From NCBI GenBank assembly GCA_035708165.1, contig DASSSZ010000001.1, forward strand, positions 89,772 to 153,771: a stretch of DNA of 64,000 nt, written 5' to 3'. The notes beneath the pieces were generated by a model. That model had not been told where the DNA came from. It searched no databases and worked only from the letters and a program-made list of their open reading frames with translations. Shown here in pieces: positions 17,617 through 27,974 of the stretch (the stretch's first letter is position 1; each line of letters starts with the position of its first letter). Both the position numbers and the translations under genes were made by a program. This DNA is from Minisyncoccota bacterium. GTDB taxonomy: Bacteria > Patescibacteriota > Minisyncoccia > Phycocordibacterales > UBA2100.

Positions 17617-18210
17617 ATGAGCATGAAGAAAGGCCGGGCAGATGACGAGGATGTCATCGACATCGAGGCTGGGGCAGGGACGGATCGCGACGCGGACACC
17701 GATGAGGAGGCGACCGACCTCGCCTCGGCGATGAAGAAGATCAAGAAGCTGCGCGACGAGCTTGCGAGGGCACAGGCGGAGCGTCAGGAGTACCTGGACG
17801 GCTGGCAGCGCCTGCGTGCCGACGTCGCGAACAGCAAGAAGGATGACGCCGCGCGCGCCGCGCGCGAGAAGCAGGCAGCCGAAGCCGCGCTTATCGAGGA
17901 GATCCTGCCCGCATTCGATGCGTATGACATGGCGCGCGCGGCTGCCGGCTGGCAGGCAGTGGATGCGACCTGGCGCGCGGGCATCGAGCAGATCTTCAGC
18001 CAGCTCGAGAATGCGCTCCTCGCACGCGGCGCATCGCGCTTCGGAGCAATCGGCGAGCACTTCGACCCGCACCTGCACGAGGCAGTGGCGGAAGTGTCGC
18101 CTGAGAAGAAGGAGCAGGAAGGCACGATCATCGCGGTGCTCCGGAGCGGCTGGAAGCTGGGCGACACCGTACTGCGCCCCGCGCACGTGACCGTCGCGCA
18201 CGCGGAGTAG
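17617..18210 (+). CDS. grpE: Nucleotide exchange factor GrpE
   Basis: Coiled-coil N-terminus with the C-terminal GrpE fold (EILPAFD...GTIIAVLRSGWKLGDTVLRPA). TGCTATACT is 6 nt upstream of this ATG. Confidence 0.85.
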   Translation: MSMKKGRADDEDVIDIEAGAGTDRDADTDEEATDLASAMKKIKKLRDELARAQAERQEYLDGWQRLRADVANSKKDDAARAAREKQAAEAALIEEILPAFDAYDMARAAAGWQAVDATWRAGIEQIFSQLENALLARGASRFGAIGEHFDPHLHEAVAEVSPEKKEQEGTIIAVLRSGWKLGDTVLRPAHVTVAHAE

Positions 18211-18313
18211 CCCGCGTGGGCAGGGCGCGCCTGCAGGATATCCGCAGCCACCTGGGGCCGCGGACAGGCCGGCGTCGCGAACACTGCCGCTCAGCCCCGC
18301 CGCTTTGCGTTCA

Positions 18314-18351
18314 TGCTCCTGTAATCTTTACAGCTGTAAGATTTACAGGAG
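18314..18351. promoter_or_regulatory. 38-bp near-perfect palindrome (putative operator, copy 1) overlapping the -35 region of the PaaX-like gene
   Basis: GCTCCTGTAATCTTTACAG|CTGTAAGATTTACAGGAGC, AT-rich in a GC-rich genome. A TATAGT -10 box lies 12 nt downstream. Confidence 0.6.
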
Positions 18352-18418
18352 CAGCGAGGGCGGCTATAGTAATGGGACATACGAGAGAGGCGGCAGCACG
18401 CCTGAAGGGAATGACGGT

Positions 18419-19027
18419 ATGGCAAAGACGCAATTCAAAGGCATCAAGACCCTCGCCGAGTACAGGCGCGGCGAGCTGACGAAGGACATCCTCCGGCTCG
18501 TAGGGGCAGGCGTGAAGCTGGGTGCGATCGTCACCGCACCTAATCTCGCCCAGGTCATCGACTATCTCGACCCGAAAGGGCGGAACGAACGGAACCGCAT
18601 CTGGAAAGCGATCAAGTACCTGGAGAGCAAGGAACGGGTGCGCATCGTCGAGAAGGACGGTACGCAGATCCTCATCCTGACGCACCAAGGCAAGCAGAAG
18701 CTCGATGAGGTGATGATCTGGGAACTCGAGATCAGGCCGCCGCGCCGGTGGGATAAGAAGTGGCGCCTCGTCATGTTCGACTTCCCGGAGCACCGCACCA
18801 CTGCGCACCAGTCGTTCCGGCAGCGCCTGCTCGAGCTCGGCTTCCAGATGTACCAGCAATCCGTGCTCATCTACCCGCACGAGTGCCGCGACGAGGTGCA
18901 GGCGATCGCGCACTGGTTCCACGTAGGGGATCGCGTGCGGTATGTGGTGGCGACGGAGATCAATGACGCGCGCCGCTACGCGAAGGCGTTCCATCTGCTC
19001 GAGGATCATTTGACGAACGGAACGTGA
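18419..19027 (+). CDS. PaaX-family winged-helix transcriptional regulator (short form, 202 aa)
   Basis: WDKKWRLVMFDFPE...RQRLLELGFQMYQQSVLIYP matches the PaaX middle domain WDGKWLLLL...QLIWQGFGALAPSLMASP. An N-terminal wHTH is present. An SD-like GAAGGGA lies upstream. It is positioned between grpE and dnaK. Confidence 0.6.
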   Translation: MAKTQFKGIKTLAEYRRGELTKDILRLVGAGVKLGAIVTAPNLAQVIDYLDPKGRNERNRIWKAIKYLESKERVRIVEKDGTQILILTHQGKQKLDEVMIWELEIRPPRRWDKKWRLVMFDFPEHRTTAHQSFRQRLLELGFQMYQQSVLIYPHECRDEVQAIAHWFHVGDRVRYVVATEINDARRYAKAFHLLEDHLTNGT

Positions 19028-19048
19028 GGAATACAATGAACCCGTCAC

Positions 19049-19088
19049 TGCTCCTGTAAATCATACAGCTGTAAGATTTACTGGAGCA
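19049..19088. promoter_or_regulatory. 40-bp palindrome (putative operator, copy 2) upstream of dnaK, in inverted orientation relative to copy 1
   Basis: TGCTCCTGTAAATCATACAG|CTGTAAGATTTACTGGAGCA. The flanks CATGCTCC show the two copies are mutually inverted. Confidence 0.6.
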
Positions 19089-19158
19089 TGCGAAGCGACG
19101 GTAGCGAACGCTACGGACACTACTTACGCAATCACATACCCGCTAACGAATACTCACT

Positions 19159-21042
19159 ATGGCTAAGATCCTAGGAATCGACTTGGGCACGACGAATTCC
19201 GCGATGGCGATCATAGAGCGCGGCGAGCCCGCGATCATCGAGAACGCGGAGGGCAACCGCACGACGCCGTCCATCGTCGCGATCAGCAAGACCGGCGAGC
19301 GGCTGGTCGGGGTCGCGGCCAAGCGCCAGGCGGTTACGAACCCGAAGAGCACCATCTATGGCATCAAGCGCTTCATGGGGCACCGCGCGAGCGAGGCTGC
19401 CATTCAGAAGGATAAGGGGCTCGTCCCGTACGAGATCAAGGAGGGGCCGGACGGCGGCGTGCTCGTGCACTTGGGCGATACGGACTACCGCCCTGAGGAA
19501 GTCTCTGCCATGATCCTCGGCAAGCTCAAGGCGGACGCTGAAGCGAAGCTCGGCGAGCCCATCACGGAGGCAGTCATCACCGTTCCTGCGTATTTCAATG
19601 ACAGCCAGCGCAAGGCGACCAAGGATGCCGGCAAGATCGCAGGCCTCGACGTGAAGCGCATCATCAACGAGCCGACGGCCGCTGCGCTCGCGTACGGCTT
19701 CAACAAGAAGAAAGACGAGAAGATCGCCGTCTTCGACTTCGGCGGCGGCACCTTCGACATCTCGGTCCTCGAAGTGGGCGACGACGTCATCGAGGTGAAG
19801 TCCACCGACGGCGACGCGCACATGGGCGGCCGCGATATCGACCAGGCGATCGTGGAGTGGATCATCACCGAATTCAAGAAGGATTCCGGAGTAGACGTCA
19901 GCAAGGACGCGCTCGCGCTCCAGCGCCTCGACGAAGCGGCGGAGAAGGCCAAGATCGAGCTCTCGACCACGCAGGAGACCGAGATCAACATCCCCTTCAT
20001 CACCTCGACTGCGGAGGGCCCGCAGCACCTCCTGCTGAAGTTCTCGCGCGCCAAGCTCGAGGAGATCGCGGCTCCGTTCATCGACAAGGCGCTCGAGATC
20101 ACCAAGCGCGCCGTCGAGGCATCGCCGTTCGAGAAGGGCGATATCAATGAGATCGTGCTCGTCGGGGGCCAGACTCGCATGCCGGCCATGCAGAAGCGCG
20201 TCGAGGAATTCTTCGGCAAGAAGCCGCACATGGGCGTGAACCCGGATGAAGTCGTGGCAGTCGGCGCCGCGATCCAGGGCGGCATCCTGCAGGGCGATGT
20301 CAAGGACATCCTCCTGCTCGATGTCATCCCGCTTTCGTTCGGCATCGAAACGATGGGCGGCGTCGCGACGAAGCTGATCGAGCGCAACGCCACGATCCCT
20401 ACCAGCAAATCGCAGGTCTTCTCGACCGCAGCAGACAATCAGACCAGCGTGGAGATCCATGTCGTGCAGGGCGAGCGCGCGATGGCTGCTGATAACAATT
20501 CGCTCGGCCGCTTCATGCTGGACGGCATCGCGCCGGCGCCCCGCGGCATGCCGCAGATCGAAGTCTCGTTCGATATCGATGCGAACGGCATCCTCTCGGT
20601 CAAAGCGAAGGATAAGGGGACCGGCAAGGAGCAATCCATCCGCATTGAGGCGAGCAGCGGACTCTCCGACGCCGATATCGAGCGCATGAAGCAGGATGCG
20701 GAGACGCATGCCGAAGAGGATAAGAAGAAGCATGAGGCCGCAGAGGTCAATAACGCTGCCGACCAGCTCGTCTACACCGCAGAGAAATCCCTCACGGAGC
20801 ACGGCGAGAAGGTCGGGGAAGACGTGCGGAAGGACGTCGAGGAGAAGGTCAGCGCCGTGAAGAAGGCGCGCGAAGGGTCCGACCTCGATGCCATCAAGGC
20901 CGCGACCGAAGCACTCTCCGGCAGCCTCTCGAAGATCGGCGAAGCGGTGCAGAAGGCCGCACAGCAGCAGCAGCCGGAGCAGGGGAATGCGAATGGCAAT
21001 CCGGAGAGCGCTTCCGGCGACGGCGAGCAGGGGCAGCAATAG
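19159..21042 (+). CDS. dnaK: Molecular chaperone DnaK (Hsp70)
   Basis: The [17 protein letters not shown] and VGGQTRMP motifs. 627 aa. Confidence 0.95.
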   Translation: MAKILGIDLGTTNSAMAIIERGEPAIIENAEGNRTTPSIVAISKTGERLVGVAAKRQAVTNPKSTIYGIKRFMGHRASEAAIQKDKGLVPYEIKEGPDGGVLVHLGDTDYRPEEVSAMILGKLKADAEAKLGEPITEAVITVPAYFNDSQRKATKDAGKIAGLDVKRIINEPTAAALAYGFNKKKDEKIAVFDFGGGTFDISVLEVGDDVIEVKSTDGDAHMGGRDIDQAIVEWIITEFKKDSGVDVSKDALALQRLDEAAEKAKIELSTTQETEINIPFITSTAEGPQHLLLKFSRAKLEEIAAPFIDKALEITKRAVEASPFEKGDINEIVLVGGQTRMPAMQKRVEEFFGKKPHMGVNPDEVVAVGAAIQGGILQGDVKDILLLDVIPLSFGIETMGGVATKLIERNATIPTSKSQVFSTAADNQTSVEIHVVQGERAMAADNNSLGRFMLDGIAPAPRGMPQIEVSFDIDANGILSVKAKDKGTGKEQSIRIEASSGLSDADIERMKQDAETHAEEDKKKHEAAEVNNAADQLVYTAEKSLTEHGEKVGEDVRKDVEEKVSAVKKAREGSDLDAIKAATEALSGSLSKIGEAVQKAAQQQQPEQGNANGNPESASGDGEQGQQ

Positions 21043-21122
21043 CCGATTCCGACCATCCGCAGGCACCGAGACGCTTCGTGCGCCTCTTTGCGTTTACCCG
21101 TATCCGGGCGGATAATGCAGCG

Positions 21123-22376
21123 ATGCAGGATCGCCTCCTTTTCGAGCGGACGATGCTCGGCAACGGCACAGCGCTCTATTCGCACGCGATGGACGCGCCG
21201 CTCTTCTCGCTCCATGTGCTGATCCCAGTCGGGAGCGTCCATTCGCACGACGGCAACTCCGGCGGCCGGCACGGCGTCACGCACTTCCTCGAGCACATGA
21301 CGTTCATGCGCTCTGAGCGCTACCCGGAGCTGCGCTCGTTCGACCGCCTCGCTGCGGAGCAGGGCGCCTTGCTCAATGCATACACCGCACCGTACTACAC
21401 GAGCATCTACGTCCAAGCGCCCGTGGCCGCTGAGCGCATGATCGTCGAAGGAATCGCGAGCATGCTGTTCCAGCCGATCTTCGACGAGGGTGATATCGCG
21501 ATCGAACGCGGCGTGGTCGGCAATGAGCGGGATCAGCGCAAGTACTTCCCGGGAACGACGGAGCTCGGGCGCTACATCGATCACGAGTGGATGCACGACG
21601 AGCACTTCACGAAAGAGCAGCTCTTCGGCAGTGATGCTGATCTAGCCGCGATGACCCCAGTGCAGCTCTCGCGCTTTCATGATAATTACTGGAACGAAAG
21701 CGTGCGCATCGTCGCCGCAGGTGGGCATGATCCGCATATCATCGCGGAGGCATTCGGGAGCACGGCAGCTCCCTCCAGCAGGCTGATGGAGCAATCGATA
21801 CCGCTCTCCTGGGGGAGGCGGGAGTACCACGAGAAGCAGTTCAGGGACCTCGATTCGCCGATCCTCTTCATCGGCGGTCTCACGTCATCCTACGATCTCA
21901 TGAGCGATCTGCGGCTCACGTTCATCTTGGGATTCCTCACGAATCCGTCGCATGGCCCGATCTACGATTGGCTGCGCAATCAGAAGGGATGGACCTACGG
22001 CGTCTCCGCAGGGTCGGAAACGGATCGGGACCGCTTCAGCTGGCTATTCCGGATGCCGCTCAATGATGTCACGGCTGTCCGCGAGATCCGCGCAGAATTC
22101 ATGGAACGCGCTCGAACGGCCCTTGCTGACGAAGCGCACATCCGCGCGCATGCAGCGCGCGAGCTGAATCGGAACGTCTTCAATTTCCAGACAGCCGATA
22201 CGCGCGCGGAGACCGCCGTCACCATGCTTACGCACACCGGGACCATCAGCTCGGAGGCGGAGCTCGTCGCGATACTCGAGTCCATGACCGCCGAATCACT
22301 CCTTGGCGCCTTCGACGAGCATTTCGCGCCAGAACGGGTCGGCGAATTCCTCGCGCTGCCGATGGCACAGGGGTAG
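21123..22376 (+). CDS. M16 family (pitrilysin/insulinase-like) zinc peptidase
   Basis: The inverted zinc motif HFLEHM (HxxEH). It lies between dnaK and dnaJ. GATAAT is 6 nt upstream. Confidence 0.7.
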   Translation: MQDRLLFERTMLGNGTALYSHAMDAPLFSLHVLIPVGSVHSHDGNSGGRHGVTHFLEHMTFMRSERYPELRSFDRLAAEQGALLNAYTAPYYTSIYVQAPVAAERMIVEGIASMLFQPIFDEGDIAIERGVVGNERDQRKYFPGTTELGRYIDHEWMHDEHFTKEQLFGSDADLAAMTPVQLSRFHDNYWNESVRIVAAGGHDPHIIAEAFGSTAAPSSRLMEQSIPLSWGRREYHEKQFRDLDSPILFIGGLTSSYDLMSDLRLTFILGFLTNPSHGPIYDWLRNQKGWTYGVSAGSETDRDRFSWLFRMPLNDVTAVREIRAEFMERARTALADEAHIRAHAARELNRNVFNFQTADTRAETAVTMLTHTGTISSEAELVAILESMTAESLLGAFDEHFAPERVGEFLALPMAQG

Positions 22377-22423
22377 GGGAGCGTGTCGTTGTATTCCCCC
22401 GCGAGGCTCGTATAATGCCAAGC

Positions 22424-23491
22424 ATGAAGGACTACTACCAGATCCTGGGCGTCGCGAAGAACGCCTCAGAAGAGGAGATCAAGAAGGCGTTCCGGAAGCT
22501 CGCGCACCAGTACCACCCGGACAAGCAGGGTGGCGATGAAGCCAAGTTCAAGGAGGCGAGCGAGGCGTACGCCGTCCTTTCAGACAAGAAGAAGCGGGCC
22601 GAATACGATGCCTATGGCAGGACGTTCAGCGGCAGCGGCAGTGCAGGCGCGAACCCGTTCGGGGCCGGCTTCGATTTCTCCGGCTTCGAGGGTTTCCAGC
22701 AAGGCTTCGAGGGCATGGACTTCGGCGACATCTTCAGCGATCTCTTCGGCGGCGGGCGCGGGCAGCGCCAGAAGCGCGGCCGCGACATCTCGATCGATAT
22801 CGAGCTCCCGTTCCGCGATGCGATCTTCGGCACGGAGCGCCGCGTCCTCATCACCAAGCAGGCTGTCTGCAGCACATGCAAGGGCTCCGGCGCCGCGCCT
22901 GGCAGCGAGACGGTGACCTGTTCGCTATGCACCGGCTCCGGCACCATCAAGGAGACGCGCCAATCGATCCTCGGCAGCTTCACGAGCGTCCGCGAATGCC
23001 CGGAGTGCTACGGACGCGGGACGGTTCCCGAGGTAAAGTGCCGCGATTGCGGCGGCGTAGGCGTGCGACGCGAGGAGCAGGAGATCCGCGTGCAGATTCC
23101 GGCCGGTATCCAGAACGGCGAGATGATCCGCCAGCCGCAGCAGGGCGAGGCAGTGCCGGGCGGCGCCTCGGGCGACCTCTACATCAAGATCCACGTCCAG
23201 CCGGATCGCACCTTCACGCGCGAAGGGAATAACCTTGCGATGACGCTCTCCGTGAAGCTCACGGATGCGCTCCTCGGCGCGACCTACGCTGTGGAGACGC
23301 TCGACGGCACCGAGCAAGTGAAGATCCCTGCCGGCGTCTCGCATGGCGACGTGCTGCGCATCAAGGGCAAGGGCGTGCCTGCCGCGACTGGCCGCGGCGA
23401 CCTCATGCTGCGCATCGCCGTGCCGCTCCCTAAGAAGCTCTCCCGCAAGGCGAAGCAGGCAATCGAAGAGCTCCGCGAGCAAGGCCTCTAG
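22424..23491 (+). CDS. dnaJ: Molecular chaperone DnaJ
   Basis: The J-domain KDYYQILGV...HPDK, a G/F region and four CxxCxG zinc-finger repeats. TATAAT is 7 nt upstream. Confidence 0.9.
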   Translation: MKDYYQILGVAKNASEEEIKKAFRKLAHQYHPDKQGGDEAKFKEASEAYAVLSDKKKRAEYDAYGRTFSGSGSAGANPFGAGFDFSGFEGFQQGFEGMDFGDIFSDLFGGGRGQRQKRGRDISIDIELPFRDAIFGTERRVLITKQAVCSTCKGSGAAPGSETVTCSLCTGSGTIKETRQSILGSFTSVRECPECYGRGTVPEVKCRDCGGVGVRREEQEIRVQIPAGIQNGEMIRQPQQGEAVPGGASGDLYIKIHVQPDRTFTREGNNLAMTLSVKLTDALLGATYAVETLDGTEQVKIPAGVSHGDVLRIKGKGVPAATGRGDLMLRIAVPLPKKLSRKAKQAIEELREQGL

Positions 23492-23562
23492 GGAGTCCGA
23501 GTTATCCAGAGCCACCCCGTACGGGGCGGCTTGCGTATGCATGCCGGCGCTATACTAGGGCT

Positions 23563-24045
23563 ATGGATTTCGGCATATTCTCGGTCGTCCCGATGGACTT
23601 CCTGATATTCTTCATCGCCTGGGTCGTGCTTTCCGTCGTGGCGCTGCAAGGCGGCCGCGGGGAAGTGCTCTCCATGATGCTGGGCGCATTCGTCGGCGTC
23701 GCCGTCTTCGATTACGCGCAGAAGGCGTTCTGGCTTTCCGGGATCATCGCGCCCTATGTCGCCGTGCCGCGTGATGCCGCCATCGGCCTCGCCATCCTCA
23801 TCATCCTCAGCTACCTCGTCATTCGCATGCTGATGCTCCCGTACGGGAGCGATCTGATCGGATCGCCATCGCAATCGGCCGTCATCGGCTTTCTCTGTAC
23901 GGCTATCATCTTCTCGATCTGGGTCGCGGCCCCATCCACGGATGCGATCTGGCACTTCGGCTCGCTGTTCCAGACGATCTTCTCGCCGATGTACGCCTTC
24001 TGGTGGATCGTCGGCTCCTTCGGCTTGCTGGCACTCTTCGGGTAG
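23563..24045 (+). CDS. CvpA-family integral membrane protein
   Basis: Four TM helices. ALQGGRGEVLSMMLGAFVGVAVFDY resembles CvpA LIRGFVREALSLVTWGCAFFVA. TATACT is 6 nt upstream. Confidence 0.55.
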   Translation: MDFGIFSVVPMDFLIFFIAWVVLSVVALQGGRGEVLSMMLGAFVGVAVFDYAQKAFWLSGIIAPYVAVPRDAAIGLAILIILSYLVIRMLMLPYGSDLIGSPSQSAVIGFLCTAIIFSIWVAAPSTDAIWHFGSLFQTIFSPMYAFWWIVGSFGLLALFG

Positions 24046-24268
24046 GCCGCAATGAAAGCAGCTGCGTTTGCAGCAGCTCCAGCCATGCGTTTGACGACCC
24101 CGCTTCCGGGAGGGGGTGGCGCATTTCTCGTGCGATCTGCTGTCCCCAGATGCGCTCATTTCATGGCGAAGTACGTGGCACAATGAAGCTGTAGATGCCT
24201 CCTATCTTTGCACATATGGAATCGGATACTTCCATTCCTGCCTCATCGAATCAGGCGCATCGGGTCAG

Positions 24269-25897
24269 ATGGTAGCCTTTCGCTCACAATCACATTACAC
24301 CGCTGCGATGCTTGCGATCCTCGGCGGCATACTGCTCGGTGCCGGCGATCGGATACCTGCGTTGTGGTTCCTATCGCTGTTCGGATTCTTCCCGCTTACG
24401 ATGCTTCTCGCTCGCGGGAAGAGTATCCGCTCCGTGTTCGGCTGGTTCCTGCTAGCCGGATTCTGCGCATACGGGCTTTCGCTCAATGCGCTTTTCTGGG
24501 ATTCGCTTCCGCTTACCTGGCTTGGCGTTTCCGGTATCTCAGGTGTTCTCATCATCGCGATCGTCTGGCTCTTTTCCGTAGTGATATTCATGGTTCCTTT
24601 CTCAGCGCTGCTCACGCTTGCATGGCGGCTTTCTGACGCTTCGCGCCTTGCGCTCGTCGTGGTGCCGAGCGCGTACGTCCTCGGCGACTGGGCGGGGGCG
24701 TGGCTCTTCAGCATCGTCAATTACGGTCCGTTCGGGCTGTTGGGACCGAATTTCACGATGGGTTCGCCTGCCTATCAATTAGCTGCGAATGGAGCCCTGC
24801 TGCAGCTCGCGTGGCTTGGCAGCCTTTATGCTCTCGGCTTCGCGCAAGCATTCGCTGGCGTGGCGCTTTATCGGATCTGGGTCGGGCGCAGGCAGGAGCG
24901 GATCGCGCTCATCTCCATCATCATTCTCGCGCTCATTCTCATTGGCGCAGGGAGCTGGTGGTTCGCGACCGGACATGCTGCGGAGACAGGGAAGCCTTTG
25001 CGGGTCGCGCTTGTCGGAGTGTACGAGCCTTCGATCCTTGCGCCGACTCCTGCGCAGACCGAGGAGAAGTACGCGACGCTCTCGCGGATCATGGCTGCCA
25101 TCCCCGCGACATCGACTGACATTATCGCGTTACCTGAAGATTCGCGCTTCCTGCTCGAATGGCACGCCACGCATGATGCCGGTCCGCTCATTCCGGTCGG
25201 CAATGCGCAAGCGGCTGACTATATAGACTCTTCGAGCGAACGCGAGCACGGCACGCTCTACTCTCGTACTGAGTATTATCGCGCATCCTCTGACACGTCG
25301 GCATACAGCTACAAGCAGTTCCTCATGCCATTAGGTGAAGAGCACCCGTATCTCTATCAAGTAGTAGGGCGGCTGATCGGGCAGGCCGGTGTCGTGGATA
25401 CGCTGCTCTCAGTACGCGGCTTCGCGACCAAGCCGCTCTCCGGCCCGGTGCTGCTCCATGGCGTCCCTGTCGCTGCGCTCCTTTGTTCGGAGGGGATGAG
25501 TCCTACCTTATACGCCGAAGAGGCGCGCCTCGGCGCATCGGCCTTCTTCAATCTCGCGTCGCATACATGGTTTCATGAATCCCGCACCATGCACGGTATC
25601 GCGCTATGGAATAGCAAGGTGCGCGCGGTCGAAAGCCGGCGATGGTATGCGCGGCCGGCCGATGATTCTCCGTCTTTCATCCTTGATCCGTACGGTCGCG
25701 TCACGGCAATGAGCCGGTGGGGGCAGGATGGCGTGATATACGGCACGATATTTGCGAGGGAGGATAGCACCCCGTATGACGCTCTGGGGCAATGGGTGCT
25801 TCTTGTACCGCTCGCGATGCTTCTCCTGCCATCTGCAGCGGCAGCCCTCAAGCGATTGCGGATGCGCATGCGCAAGCGTACGATGCGGGCGGAGTAG
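24269..25897 (+). CDS. lnt: Apolipoprotein N-acyltransferase-like protein (polytopic N-terminus plus C-N hydrolase domain)
   Basis: An N-terminal multi-TM region followed by a nitrilase-superfamily domain with the E (ALPEDS), K and C (LLCSEG) triad. The start is uncertain (24116 GTG or 24269 ATG). Confidence 0.6.
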   Translation: MVAFRSQSHYTAAMLAILGGILLGAGDRIPALWFLSLFGFFPLTMLLARGKSIRSVFGWFLLAGFCAYGLSLNALFWDSLPLTWLGVSGISGVLIIAIVWLFSVVIFMVPFSALLTLAWRLSDASRLALVVVPSAYVLGDWAGAWLFSIVNYGPFGLLGPNFTMGSPAYQLAANGALLQLAWLGSLYALGFAQAFAGVALYRIWVGRRQERIALISIIILALILIGAGSWWFATGHAAETGKPLRVALVGVYEPSILAPTPAQTEEKYATLSRIMAAIPATSTDIIALPEDSRFLLEWHATHDAGPLIPVGNAQAADYIDSSSEREHGTLYSRTEYYRASSDTSAYSYKQFLMPLGEEHPYLYQVVGRLIGQAGVVDTLLSVRGFATKPLSGPVLLHGVPVAALLCSEGMSPTLYAEEARLGASAFFNLASHTWFHESRTMHGIALWNSKVRAVESRRWYARPADDSPSFILDPYGRVTAMSRWGQDGVIYGTIFAREDSTPYDALGQWVLLVPLAMLLLPSAAAALKRLRMRMRKRTMRAE

Positions 25898-25919
25898 AGT
25901 CGGAACAGGAAGGGATGCA

Positions 25920-26642
25920 ATGGCTCGAATCGATGGCATTCCGCCGAGCCCGCTTCGACGGGTGCTCGGCGGAATCGGACTGTATACGGTTGCCACTGCG
26001 ATCGGATGCGCGGTACGGATTCTTGAGGCGTGCGGAAGGGTGCGAGTCGAGGGGCGGGGGCGCGCGCTATGCGTGCTTGCACGCGGAAACGCCATTATCG
26101 CTGCGAATCATCCGTCAGCGCTTGAGACCTGCGTCATTCCGGTCCTGTTCTGGCCGCATTCGCTCGCTGCTCCGAGGCTGTACCCTTGGAGTATCGCGCG
26201 ACGCGATCTATTCGCGCCGTTCTTTGCAGGACTATTCCGCTGCATTGCCATCGAGCCCGGCCACGGGGCGGTGAAAGCAAACCGTATCGCATGCCGCGCG
26301 ATGGGCGCAGCGCTCGAATGCCGGGACGTGCTCGTCATCTATCCTGAAGGAACGCGCACATGCGGCAGCACCGGCAGGGAATGCCGCAACGCACGCGTTA
26401 TCGCGCCGTTTGCGAGCGATATAGTCGTGCGACTCGCGCGAATGCATGGATCGGTCATCGTGCCGGTGTATGTCGATTTCGGCGAGGTACGCGAGAAGCT
26501 CTCGTTTCTCTCCTGCCTGCGGCGCGTGCTCTTTCAGGAAAGGCTGGTCATCTCATTCGGTGAGCCGTATGCGCTTTCGGGCGCTTCAAGCCGGATTCAG
26601 GATCATCAATGGATGCTTCGTGAGCTGATGTTCTCAGCGTAG
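25920..26642 (+). CDS. Lysophospholipid acyltransferase (PlsC-like 1-acyl-sn-glycerol-3-phosphate acyltransferase family)
   Basis: The NHPSALE (Hx4D/E-like) motif and the YPEGTR motif. Confidence 0.6.
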   Translation: MARIDGIPPSPLRRVLGGIGLYTVATAIGCAVRILEACGRVRVEGRGRALCVLARGNAIIAANHPSALETCVIPVLFWPHSLAAPRLYPWSIARRDLFAPFFAGLFRCIAIEPGHGAVKANRIACRAMGAALECRDVLVIYPEGTRTCGSTGRECRNARVIAPFASDIVVRLARMHGSVIVPVYVDFGEVREKLSFLSCLRRVLFQERLVISFGEPYALSGASSRIQDHQWMLRELMFSA

Positions 26643-26654
26643 GCATGCAGGAAG

Positions 26655-26682
26655 GCCGGCGATTGCGCCGGCCTTTTTATTG
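26655..26682 (+). terminator. Rho-independent terminator
   Basis: GGCCGGCG-ATTG-CGCCGGCC followed by TTTTTATT. Confidence 0.75.
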
Positions 26683-26819
26683 CAGGCTCGGTTACGAGAA
26701 TGCCCGGATCAGGCACTATCCGGGGATAGGATGCCGCGCAAATGATCCGAGAGCGGTTCACAGTTATCAACAATCGATCTCGTGCACGAGAAAACGAAAA
26801 CGGTTTTCGTATACACTAT

Positions 26820-27959
26820 ATGCATATGAGTCGCGATACATCACCTCTGGCGCGCGATGCCCATCTGATCAGGTGGATCCTCGCGCTCATCGCGATCATC
26901 ATCGTCGGCACGGTCTTCTTCGGCGGCTATAGCGGATTGCAGCGGCTCTTCGGGGTTTCAGGAGCGGCGCCGCAGGCGAGCACCGCACCCGCTGACCTCA
27001 CAGGAGCGCTCGTGCTCTCGGTCGGCATGACCTCGGCATCGACGGGCCAGAGCGTAATGGCTCCGCTTTTGATCTGGGCAGCGACGGGAGCGAGGGAATC
27101 GATCCAGGCTGATCAGCTCGGAAGCGGTCCTGCGATCGCATTCCAATACAGCATTTCGCGCGACTCGAACTCAGCTGTTTTCCTGGCGACACCGATTATC
27201 GGGACGGGCGCAGACATGCACACCGCGCAGGAGACGCCCTCGATCTACCGCGCCGATACGTCCGCCGTCACTGATTCGTCAAGCCTGACTGCAGCGCTGC
27301 AGGCAGCTGCGTCCGTAGCCGATCCTACCAGCACCGACTACTTCCGCGAATTCCCTGTCATCGCCCCGAGCACAGCGATCCTATACTCCTCGCTTCCGAG
27401 GAGCGCATACCTGCAATCCAGCACCACGCTCGGCTCGCTCGACGCCGACGCATGGAACATCGACATGCTCGATCCGTCCGGCGCGAAGACGACAGTGGCG
27501 ACCGGGCTGTACCCGAAGTGGGTCGATGCGACCCATTTCGCATTCCTCAAGGATGACGGCATCTACGTGCATGACCTTGCGAGCGGGTCCGATACGAAGG
27601 TCTGGAATCTCACGCGCCCTGCTACCGCCACGATGGGTTTCGATGTGTCCGATGACGGGCAGTTCGCGGCCGTGACCGATCCTGCTGACGGATCAGTCCA
27701 GGTGATCCGAGCCCTCAACTGGCCCGGCGGCATCCTCTCGACCTTCGCGACGCTGCCGATCACGGCGACTAATCCGGTCCTCTCGCCCGATGATCACTAC
27801 CTTGCCATGGTGGCGCTCCAACCGGGCGGTTCCGACCCAGAGAGTCCGCTCATTCCGACACTCGAGTATTATTCGCTCACGACGCAGCAGTTCCTCCCGC
27901 AGTCGCTCGTTTTCGATCCTACTACGACTACGGCGATTTATCTGACGGATTGGAGGTAA
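26820..27959 (+). CDS. Membrane-anchored PD40/WD40-like beta-propeller protein (TolB-like repeats)
   Basis: TM helix WILALIAIIIVGTVFFGGY, then the PD40-like blades WVDATHFAFLKDDG and LSPDDHYLAMV. The start is ambiguous (ATG 26820 or 26826). Confidence 0.5.
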   Translation: MHMSRDTSPLARDAHLIRWILALIAIIIVGTVFFGGYSGLQRLFGVSGAAPQASTAPADLTGALVLSVGMTSASTGQSVMAPLLIWAATGARESIQADQLGSGPAIAFQYSISRDSNSAVFLATPIIGTGADMHTAQETPSIYRADTSAVTDSSSLTAALQAAASVADPTSTDYFREFPVIAPSTAILYSSLPRSAYLQSSTTLGSLDADAWNIDMLDPSGAKTTVATGLYPKWVDATHFAFLKDDGIYVHDLASGSDTKVWNLTRPATATMGFDVSDDGQFAAVTDPADGSVQVIRALNWPGGILSTFATLPITATNPVLSPDDHYLAMVALQPGGSDPESPLIPTLEYYSLTTQQFLPQSLVFDPTTTTAIYLTDWR

Positions 27960-27974
27960 TGATTTTCATTCGCT

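Noticed and set aside
18300-19100. Interpreting the inverted 44-bp repeats flanking the PaaX-like gene as MITE/IS terminal inverted repeats
   Set aside because: The enclosed gene is a regulator rather than a transposase. Each repeat is itself an internal palindrome positioned over promoter regions, which fits an operator better. No target-site duplication was apparent. A genome-wide copy count could not be done here.
19171-21066. 631-aa minus-strand ORF
   Set aside because: It is antisense to dnaK. Shadow ORF.
24116-24268. GTG start at 24116 for the lnt-like gene
   Set aside because: The GGGAGGGGG motif abuts the GTG with about 2-nt spacing, and the encoded N-terminal 50 residues are non-hydrophobic and Cys-rich with no similarity to Lnt. 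The ATG at 24269 is preferred, but the start remains uncertain.
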